From: Candidatus Iainarchaeum sp.
GTDB lineage: Archaea > Iainarchaeota > Iainarchaeia > JAGGVJ01
Length of the DNA: 49,545 nt
Direction of reading: 5' to 3'
Assembly: GCA_021158055.1 (NCBI GenBank)
Contig: JAGGVJ010000041.1
Span: 1-49,545, forward strand
Position numbers and translations under genes: made by a program. Below, piece by piece: positions 37,111 through 46,011 of the stretch. Position 1 is the stretch's first letter. Each line of letters opens with the position of its first letter. The notes under the pieces are model-generated. The model did not search any database. It was not told the origin of the DNA and was given only the letters and a program-made list of their open reading frames with translations.

Positions 37111-37191
37111 ATCGGGTGTTAATTTACTGACACGTGATTTTTAGCGGATGGGTAATGATTAAAAATTTTTTATTGGTTATTTTGTGATTTT

Positions 37192-37977
37192 ATGGCGAGA
37201 ATCATAACGATTTCATCAGGTAAGGGCGGTGTCGGAAAAACAACGTGCGTGGTTAATCTGGGTATCGCTTTGGCGCAGTTCGGGCAAAAAGTTCTTATTG
37301 TTGACGCCGATGTCACGATGGCGAATTTGAGCCTTGTTGTCGGGATTGACACTTGCCCGATAACTTTGCATGATGTTCTTTTGGGCGAGGCTGACATTCA
37401 TGATGCGATTTACGAGGGCCCGTCAAAAATAGATTTTATCCCGTCGGGAATGAGTGTTGATTCGTTCAGGCGCGTGGATCCTGAAAGGCTTGCGCTGTTG
37501 ATTGGGGACCTGAAAGAGTATTATGATTTCATATTGGTTGATTCTCCGGCAGGGCTTGGAAAAGATGTCTTGTCCGCGATTGCCGCGGGAGATGAGGTGT
37601 TCCTTGTGCTTGCCCCGAATTCTGCTTCTCTTGCAGACGCCATGAAAATCAAGACCACTGCAGAACGTTTGGGCGTGAAGGTTTCCGGGTTTATTGTGAA
37701 TATGATTGAGGGAAGAAAAGAGGAGATAAAACCAGAGGATTTGAGTTCTGTTTTAAGGATAAAAATGCTTGGAAAGATTCCTCAAAGCGATGAAGTGAAA
37801 ATGGCTTTTATGCTTAACAAACCGGCAATGATTCTTTTCCCGTCAAATTCAGCGGCTGTTGCTTTTAAGAGGATTGCCGCCAATATTTTAGGTATTCCGT
37901 TTAAGGAAGATGAAAAGACCGGGGGTAAAAACCCGATTGTCAGGTTTTTTAACAAAATTTTTAAGAGGGGAAAATAA
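37192..37977 (+). CDS. minD: MinD family ATPase
   Basis: SGKGGVGKT, VDAD...NL and DSPAG motifs; amphipathic C-terminus PIVRFFNKIFKR. Confidence 0.92.
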   Translation: MARIITISSGKGGVGKTTCVVNLGIALAQFGQKVLIVDADVTMANLSLVVGIDTCPITLHDVLLGEADIHDAIYEGPSKIDFIPSGMSVDSFRRVDPERLALLIGDLKEYYDFILVDSPAGLGKDVLSAIAAGDEVFLVLAPNSASLADAMKIKTTAERLGVKVSGFIVNMIEGRKEEIKPEDLSSVLRIKMLGKIPQSDEVKMAFMLNKPAMILFPSNSAAVAFKRIAANILGIPFKEDEKTGGKNPIVRFFNKIFKRGK

Positions 37978-38199
37978 ATGACAGGTGAACGACCGTTTGA
38001 TTTGCTGACCAGTTCAGTTGGAAAATCAGTGCTTGTGGAACTCAAGGGAGGAGTGCAGTTTCGCGGGGTAATGAAAGCGTATGATATTCACATGAATATT
38101 GTGATAGATGACGCTGAAGAGCTTGAAGAAGGCGAAGTGAAAAAAAAGCTCGGAACCCTTCTTTTGAGAGGCGACAATGTTTTGTTTATCTCTCCGTGA
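37978..38199 (+). CDS. Sm-like archaeal protein (Lsm/SmAP)
   Basis: RP...L, YDIHMN and RGDNV..ISP motifs. Confidence 0.95.
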   Translation: MTGERPFDLLTSSVGKSVLVELKGGVQFRGVMKAYDIHMNIVIDDAEELEEGEVKKKLGTLLLRGDNVLFISP

Positions 38200-38285
38200 G
38201 TTTTTGCTTGTTTTTATTGTTTGCCGTCTTTGATGCATTGATTGTTTTAAATCCTTTAGCAGTTAATTGTTTTAATGGATTTTTT

Positions 38286-38380
38286 GGGCCCGTAGATCAG
38301 CTGGAAGATCGCGTCCTTGGCGTGGATTCGCTTTTGCCGAAGCGCTGACGAGGCCTGGGGTTCAAGTCCCCACGGGTCCA
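38286..38380 (+). tRNA. tRNA-Ala(GGC) with a 22-nt intron (38326-38347) at position 40/41
   Basis: Exons are near-identical to the operon tRNA-Ala(UGC) outside the anticodon arm. Anticodon 38319-38321; complete hBHBh motif. Confidence 0.92.
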
Positions 38381-38495
38381 TTTTCAGATCTTTTGAGCCT
38401 GCGTTTTTTATTCGGGATATATTTTTATAGTTTTTTCGGCACATATTTAGATGGACACACATTAAAAATTTCCGCACTTGTTTTTGTTGCTTTTT

Positions 38496-38568
38496 GGGCC
38501 CGTGGTCTAGCGGCTATGACACCACCTTGACGTGGTGGGAATCACCGGTTCGATTCCGGTCGGGCCCA
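38496..38568 (+). tRNA. tRNA-Val(GAC)
   Basis: Cloverleaf GGGCCCG/CGGGCCC; anticodon arm CCACC-TTGACGT-GGTGG; TTCGA T-loop. Confidence 0.96.
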
Positions 38569-38641
38569 TTTTTTGACTGGTTTTGGTTTTTCTTGCATAC
38601 TGTTCATTTTTTTGAATTTGATTTTGTTTTTTGCATTGCTT

Positions 38642-40375
38642 TTATTGCCTTGAATTGCTTTCAAGCGCGGCGTCAACCAGCCCCACAAACAACGGCGCCG
38701 GGTCAAGTGGTCTTGATTTGAATTCCGGGTGCGCTTGCGTTGCAACAAAAAACGCGTGTTTTTGTTTTGGCAGTTCGATGAATTCGACGAGTTCTGTTCC
38801 GTCCATTGCCCTGCAGTGTTTTCCGGATATTTTCAGCCCGTTTTCTTTTAGTGCGCTGACAAATTTCGGGTTTACTTCAAACCTGTGCCTGTGGCGTTCA
38901 AGGACCATGTTGTCTGTTTCGTTCAGGATTCCTGTGTATTTTTTGAAGTTTTGGCTTTCCTGCATCAGTTCAAGTTTTTGCCTGTCTTTTTTTATCCTGT
39001 TGCATTTTTTGTACAGGTCAAAGACTATTGAGTCTTTTTTAAGGGTTGCGGCGTATGCGCCGAGCCTCATTGTGCCGCCGTAGTTGTTGTTGTCCATGAG
39101 CTTGCGCTGGGATTTAAGAATGTCGATTACGGGAAAATCGGTTTTTGGGTTTATTTCAGTTGAGTTTGCGTCCTGCATGTTGCATTTGTTTCTCGCGTAT
39201 TCGATTACTGCAAGTTGCAGTCCGTAGCAGAGCCCGAGAAACGGCTTGTTGTTTTCACGGCAGTATTGGATTGCGTTTATTTTTCCTTGCGTTCCGCTTG
39301 ATCCGAATCCCCCGGGAATGATTACCGCGTCGAATTTTTCAAGTTCGCTTACATTGCCTTCTTCAAGCTGGTTTGACTGCAGCTGCACTATTTTTGGTTT
39401 TGCGCCGGCTTGTGTCGCGGCGTGCTTTACGGCTTCTTTTACTGAAAGGTAGACGTCTTCGAGTTCGCTGTCTCCTTCTTTTATGTATTTGCCGACTATT
39501 GCGACTGAAATGTTTTTTGCCGCGTTTTTTTCTTTTTCCACGAATTCGCTCCATTTTGATTGTTTGTCTGTGTCGCCTGCGGGTTCCATGCTGAAATGCG
39601 AGAGCAGCAGGTTTGTGGCGTTTTGTTTTTCCAAAAGGAGGGGTATTTCGTATATGGAGTCGACGTCCGGGTTTTCAAATATGTGGTCTTTTTTCACATA
39701 GCATAGGTTTGATATTTTTTCAAGCCTGGATTTGTCCATTCTTTTTGTTGACCTTGTTACCACAAAGTCTGGTGCTATTCCCATTTCGCGCAGCCTTGCC
39801 GCGGAGTGTTGGGCGGGTTTTGTTTTCAGCTCGCCTACTTTTTCCAGGAACGGCACGTAGACCACTAAGACAAACATGATTTTTTCGCCTTCGAATTTCA
39901 TCTGGCGCACTGCTTCGAGGAAAATCCTGTTTTCAAGGTCTCCCGTGGTGCCTCCGATTTCAACGAGTGCGAAGTCGTGTCCTTTTCCGGCTTGTTTTAC
40001 CCTGTCTTTTATTTCGTTCATGACGTCTGGTATGAGGCGGACGTCTTTTCCCTTGTATTCGAGGCGCCTTTCTTTTTCAATCACTGAAAGGTACACTTGT
40101 CCTGTTGTGATGTTGTTTTTCTTTGGAACGGTTATGTCAAGGAATCTTTCATAGTTTCCGAGGTCCTGGTCGATTTCTCCGCCGTCGCCGGTTACCCACA
40201 CTTCCCCGTGTTCGGTGGGCCTGAGTGTTCCGGCGTCGATGTTCACGTACGGGTCAATTTTTAGTGCCGTAACATCAAAACTCTGGTTTACAAGAAGCCT
40301 TCCGATTGAAGCGGTAGTGACTCCTTTTCCAAGCCCTGACATTACTCCCCCGCAAACTATTATGTATTTTGTCAT
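38642..40375 (-). CDS. pyrG: CTP synthase (alternative start at 40435 adds 20 aa)
   Basis: [39 protein letters not shown] and QAHPEF motifs. Confidence 0.97.
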   Translation of the reverse strand: MTKYIIVCGGVMSGLGKGVTTASIGRLLVNQSFDVTALKIDPYVNIDAGTLRPTEHGEVWVTGDGGEIDQDLGNYERFLDITVPKKNNITTGQVYLSVIEKERRLEYKGKDVRLIPDVMNEIKDRVKQAGKGHDFALVEIGGTTGDLENRIFLEAVRQMKFEGEKIMFVLVVYVPFLEKVGELKTKPAQHSAARLREMGIAPDFVVTRSTKRMDKSRLEKISNLCYVKKDHIFENPDVDSIYEIPLLLEKQNATNLLLSHFSMEPAGDTDKQSKWSEFVEKEKNAAKNISVAIVGKYIKEGDSELEDVYLSVKEAVKHAATQAGAKPKIVQLQSNQLEEGNVSELEKFDAVIIPGGFGSSGTQGKINAIQYCRENNKPFLGLCYGLQLAVIEYARNKCNMQDANSTEINPKTDFPVIDILKSQRKLMDNNNYGGTMRLGAYAATLKKDSIVFDLYKKCNRIKKDRQKLELMQESQNFKKYTGILNETDNMVLERHRHRFEVNPKFVSALKENGLKISGKHCRAMDGTELVEFIELPKQKHAFFVATQAHPEFKSRPLDPAPLFVGLVDAALESNSRQ

Positions 40376-40376
40376 T

Positions 40377-40422
40377 TTATCCTTACCGTAAGACCCCTTC
40401 CGGAAGGGAGGGGATAGCTTGC
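40377..40422 (-). repeat. Palindromic element, copy 2, at the pyrG start
   Basis: Minus strand gcaagctatCCCCTcCCttccGGaAGGGGtcttacggtaaggataa; homologous to 14297-14341. Confidence 0.7.
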
Positions 40423-40628
40423 AATCCTTTTCCATAATTTACCAACTCCACTTTTTTGACATTTGAATTAATTATGTTTCCTGTTGGGTTTAACAAACGA
40501 ACCCAATTGCCATAATTGAATAGTTTCGCCTACCCTCAATAGGTAAAACATTTTTTTTTAGAATCAGCGCCTGTATTTTGCCCGGATACGGTCTGTCAAA
40601 TCCAAACAAGGAGTGGTTTGTCAAACCG

Positions 40629-40715
40629 GGATAATCTGGATAATCTGGATAATCTGGATAATCTGGATAATCTGGATAATCTGGATAATCTGGATAATCT
40701 GGATAATCTGGATAA
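40629..40715. repeat. 9-bp perfect tandem repeat, 9 full copies plus a partial
   Basis: GGATAATCT x9 plus GGATAA. A 14-bp duplication (taaattatttgcga x2) follows at 40742-40769. Confidence 0.95.
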
Positions 40716-40871
40716 CATAGTATAATCTGTTGAATCAGTATTAAATTATTTGCGATAAATTATTTGCGATGGGCAAATCTGGAGTCTAAAAAAAAGATTG
40801 AATCATAAAATGTTGCATTGGGAGTGCGGACACCACAAAAACAGTTAGTTTAAAATTGAAGTTGTCCCTTT

Positions 40872-41471
40872 ATGTTGGTGGTATTTTTAGACGAAACCAA
40901 AATCATGGAAAAATACAGGGAGCCGGCTTGCTTGTGGGGTTTGGAGCCGAATAAGTATGTGATGCGAATCCCTGGAATGATAAAATCCGGAAAAGTTTTG
41001 GATGTCGGGGTCGGCGAAGGAAGAAACGCTTTGTATCTCGCCGGGAAGGGGTTTGATGTTACGGGGGTTGACGTGTCGGAAGAAGCCGTGAATAAGTTCA
41101 TGGGATTTGCCAAAGAAAAAAACATCCATGTTAAAGGGGTTGCAAAGAGTGTTGCTGATTTTGAGTTTGACGAAGATTATGACGTAGTCATTTGCGTGGC
41201 GACTCTTCATTTGATTTTAAGGGATCAGATGCTTGAAACCGTCAAAAGAATAAAAAGCCACACAAAAAAGAACGGCCTGAATTTGATAACCGTGTTTACC
41301 AAAGAAGACGCGGGTTTTAAAGAGTTTCCGGACCTTTGTTTTTTTGATAAAGGTGAGTTGAAAGGGTTGTATGGTGATTGGCAGATTTTAGAATATGATA
41401 ATTATGTGAAAGAAGAAACACATGGCAAACCCCACAAGCACCATATTTGTGTTTTGATCGCTAAAAAGTAG
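40872..41471 (+). CDS. Class I SAM-dependent methyltransferase (TehB-like); start uncertain
   Basis: VLDVGVGEGRNALYLA..GFDVTGVD motif; GEL...Y..W.IL.Y. Confidence 0.9.
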   Translation: MLVVFLDETKIMEKYREPACLWGLEPNKYVMRIPGMIKSGKVLDVGVGEGRNALYLAGKGFDVTGVDVSEEAVNKFMGFAKEKNIHVKGVAKSVADFEFDEDYDVVICVATLHLILRDQMLETVKRIKSHTKKNGLNLITVFTKEDAGFKEFPDLCFFDKGELKGLYGDWQILEYDNYVKEETHGKPHKHHICVLIAKK

Positions 41472-41746
41472 CTGTCTTCATTCCCGGGGTTTGGCGGTCT
41501 GAAGAAGTGTCCAAAGAATAGTTTTAATACAGGAAGTGATATATATTATCATGGATTGCCAGGCGCATATTTTGCACTGGTTTTTTATATCAATTTGCAG
41601 AAGTATATATCAGAAACAAATACTTGACAAGTTTTGCGCTTTTCTAATTCTGTTAGTTTCAAGCGGTCAGTGTCGGTATTTTTATTTATCAGTCGTTATT
41701 TGCTAATGCTTTGAATTTTATTTTGAGTCATTAATCAGGTGATTTA

Positions 41747-41866
41747 TTGGGAACAAGGAAAAAAAAATCAAGCAGGTTTAAAAAATCGCGTTCCATGCAG
41801 AGATGGAAGTGGAGAAAGAAAAAAATGAATGAAAGAAAGAGAAAAAGACGCAGAGAAAAAAGCTAG
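41747..41866 (+). CDS. rpl41e: Ribosomal protein eL41 (eS32), absent from the ORF track
   Basis: AGGTGA Shine-Dalgarno, TTG start, 39 aa MGTRKKKSSRFKKSRSMQRWKWRKKKMNERKRKRRREKS with the RWKW.KK signature. Confidence 0.85.
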   Translation: MGTRKKKSSRFKKSRSMQRWKWRKKKMNERKRKRRREKS

Positions 41867-42196
41867 TTTTTGAAATGATTGTTTGGCAGGACGAAATTGT
41901 TTTGCCGTTCACTTTCTTTTTTGTTTTTTGATTCGCGGTTATACCTGCATATTTTACTGTTTTTGCTGGCTGGCGGATTGCTGACCGGGTTGTTTGTCGG
42001 CGGATTTAATCAGCTTTGGTTGTTTGGTTGTTTGTCAACGGCTGTTTGACAGGTCATTGTATTTGTTATTGCGTTGGTTTGACAGGTTATTATATTCATT
42101 AATGCATTAGTATATGACATTGTATTGATGATGAATTGTTGTATGACATTACATAAATGACGGATAGTTATGAACGCATAGAGATGAATGGTTTTT

Positions 42197-42308
42197 GCGG
42201 GGGTTCCAGAGCCTGGTCAATGGACATGTTCGGCATGCCCGATTAAATGGGCAGGACTTAAGATCCTGTGGCTTAGCGCCTTCGTCGGTTCAAAGCCGGC
42301 CCCCCGCA
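42197..42308 (+). tRNA. tRNA-Leu(UAA) with a 26-nt D-loop intron (42221-42246, position ~21/22)
   Basis: GCGGGGG/CCCCCGC acceptor, CAGGA-CTTAAGA-TCCTG anticodon arm, long variable arm, BHB-like intron. Confidence 0.9.
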
Positions 42309-42354
42309 TTTGGTTTGTGTTGCTGTTGTGTTTGTTTTTTTGAGGGGTGGTTTT

Positions 42355-43053
42355 TTGAGGGGCACGATGATTGTTTTTGAGGGGCTTGATTCAAGCGGTA
42401 AAAAAACCCAGACCTTGTTGCTTGAAAAAAAACTCAAAGAAAAAGGGCACAAAGTGAAAATGATTGACTTTCCGCAATACGATTCTCCTTTCGGCGGAAT
42501 TGTCGGCAGGTATTTGCGCGGCGAGTTCGGCAGTTTAGGTGAGCTTCCGCCTGAAGTTTCAGCTCTTTTGTATACTCTTGACCGTTACCAGTTCAAAAAC
42601 GCGATGGAGTCGCATCTCAAAGAAGGGGGGGTCTGGATAGTCAACCGATACATCCAGTCAAACCTGGCTTTCCAGAGCACTTTCATGGATTCGGAGGAAG
42701 AAAAGGAAAAGTTTGTTGACTGGGTGAAAACTGTCGAGTCCAGGCTGCCTCAGGCAGATGTTGTGGTGTTCCTTGACATGCCTGTTGAAGCAGTGGAATC
42801 TTTAATGGAGTCGCGTGAAAAAAGAGAGTACAGGGGCGGTATGGAAAAAGACATTCACGAGCAGGATTCAGATTATCAGGAAAAGGTCCGCGGGTCATAT
42901 TTGAAGGTTGCAAGGCAAGAGAAGAACTGGGTGGTTGTGGAGTGCGCTAAAAAAACATCCAAGGGTTGGAAAATTAAGTCCCCGCAGGAAATCCACGATG
43001 AAATCTGGGACAGGATAGACAAGTTTTTTGCAGTCTACAAGTGTTTTTACTGA
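42355..43053 (+). CDS. tmk: Thymidylate kinase
   Basis: IVFEGLDSSGKKTQ, FPQY, DRY and NRY..SN.AFQ motifs. TTG start after GGGGTGG. Confidence 0.93.
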   Translation: MRGTMIVFEGLDSSGKKTQTLLLEKKLKEKGHKVKMIDFPQYDSPFGGIVGRYLRGEFGSLGELPPEVSALLYTLDRYQFKNAMESHLKEGGVWIVNRYIQSNLAFQSTFMDSEEEKEKFVDWVKTVESRLPQADVVVFLDMPVEAVESLMESREKREYRGGMEKDIHEQDSDYQEKVRGSYLKVARQEKNWVVVECAKKTSKGWKIKSPQEIHDEIWDRIDKFFAVYKCFY

Positions 43054-43063
43054 AAAATCTGTT

Positions 43064-43429
43064 TTAATCCGGGGTGTTTTTGTCTTTGGCATGGGTATCG
43101 TTGCCTTGAACTTCGGCGTTGCTTTCAGCGGGTTTTTTGCCTTCTATTTCCTGCAGTTTTTGCAGGTGTTTCATTTGCTCGTCTTTTATTACTGCCTGCC
43201 TGAACTCGTTGTTTGTTTCAAAAAGCTGGTTTTGAACGGCTTTGAGTTCTTGTTTTTGCTCACGGGTTTTTTCCCTGATGCCTTCAAGCGCTTTTTTCTT
43301 TTTTATGATGATTGTCCGTCTTGAGTCGATTTCAAAAAGTAAGCTTGTGCGTGTCAGATCTTCCCTGTATTCGCGTTCAATTTGCCTTATTTTGTTTTTT
43401 TCTTCTTCTGTCCTGTCAAAAAAATGCAA
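43064..43429 (-). CDS. Hypothetical charged coiled-coil protein (possible ATT start at 43438)
   Basis: 121-aa E/K/Q-rich helical ORF with a GGGTGG Shine-Dalgarno upstream. Confidence 0.6.
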   Translation of the reverse strand: MHFFDRTEEEKNKIRQIEREYREDLTRTSLLFEIDSRRTIIIKKKKALEGIREKTREQKQELKAVQNQLFETNNEFRQAVIKDEQMKHLQKLQEIEGKKPAESNAEVQGNDTHAKDKNTPD

Positions 43430-43760
43430 TCTTGAAATAAAACCACCCTTTGAGTTTAATGTTTACATGTATTTTACATGTATAATACATATCTAAGATA
43501 TATATCTAAGTTTAAAGTAATGTATGTATTAAAGTTTGAATCAACTAAAAAAGTTTGTGTGAAGTTTCAAAAGAAGTTTGCGTGATTTTTTGGGTGCAGA
43601 CCAATAACTATTTATAAGGTTTTGATGCAAGATAATAAGTTGTTTGGCGAAGGCAGATTCTTGTTTTGCCAAATGATTCGATTGAGTTTTTGGTTTGTTA
43701 TTTTTTAAACTTTTTTTGTTGTTTTTGACTGCAAATTGTTTGTTGTTTTTGACTGCAAAT

Positions 43761-43780
43761 GGAAAGTTTTTATATATAAA
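43761..43780 (+). promoter_or_regulatory. BRE/TATA promoter of the rRNA operon
   Basis: GGAAAG-TTTTTATATATAAA about 260 bp upstream of 16S, preceded by a 21-bp duplication (43716-43736 / 43740-43760). Confidence 0.6.
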
Positions 43781-43980
43781 AAACCATTAATATTGTGGTT
43801 AAGTCACTGCACTGAAATATTTACTTAAATTTTTGATGCAAGCGCTTTTGCACGTGCATTTATTCAGTGTGAAACTGGCCAAAATTAACAGGAACGAAAT
43901 CAAATTTTTTGAGCGTTGACAGTTTAAGTGTCGATGTTCATTTTATGAGGCCCCAAGTTTTTTTGGGTCTGATGTTCAAA

Positions 43981-44003
43981 TCCATGCAAGGTAAACCCCG
44001 CAA
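43981..44003 (+). other. 5' strand of the pre-16S BHB processing stem (partner at 45611-45633)
   Basis: TCCATGCA-AGGT-aaa-CCCCGCAA pairs with TTGCGGGG-GCCT-taa-TGCATGGA. Confidence 0.85.
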
Positions 44004-44041
44004 CAGTTAAAATGTTGCGATCAAACAAACAATACAATATA

Positions 44042-45533
<1,492 letters not shown>

Positions 45534-45659
45534 TCAGTAAATGAAGCAACCATGTGCCTTCGGGCACTGGTTGTGTGAAGTGTGTTTATAACCACTTCCT
45601 TTTTTTCTGTTTGCGGGGGCCTTAATGCATGGATTTGAATGAAATTTAATAGGGTTTTC

Positions 45660-45735
45660 GGGCCCGTAGATCAGCTGGAAGATCGCATGCTTTGCAAGCA
45701 TGAGGCCTGGGGTTCAAATCCCCACGGGTCCACCA
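45660..45735 (+). tRNA. tRNA-Ala(UGC) in the 16S-23S spacer, CCA encoded
   Basis: Cloverleaf; anticodon TGC at 45693-45695; G3-U70 pair. Confidence 0.97.
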
Positions 45736-45987
45736 GCTTTTTAGAAAGGCTCGCATAACCTAAAGTATCCGGAAAACAAAGAACAATTTTGTTTTTCGGG
45801 CCCTGAAAACAGGAAGTTGTTTTCGGGAATTCACGCTCACGCGGATTAATCCGCTTGAAACTCACATGCAAAAGAATGTTTCATTTTTTTGCTTTGAACA
45901 ACATGCACCCGGTGTGTAATTATATCGGGGAAGGGTGAGACTGCAACCGTTTACGTTTAACGGCGGTTGTTGGTTCATGAAGCCGTG

Positions 45988-46011
45988 TATAGGAGGTTAA
46001 ACGGCCTAAGG
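45988..46011 (+). other. 5' strand of the pre-23S BHB processing stem (partner at 48968-48991)
   Basis: TATAGGA-GGTT-aaa-CGGCCTAAGG pairs with CCTTAGGCCG-GACC-ttt-TCCTATA. Confidence 0.85.
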
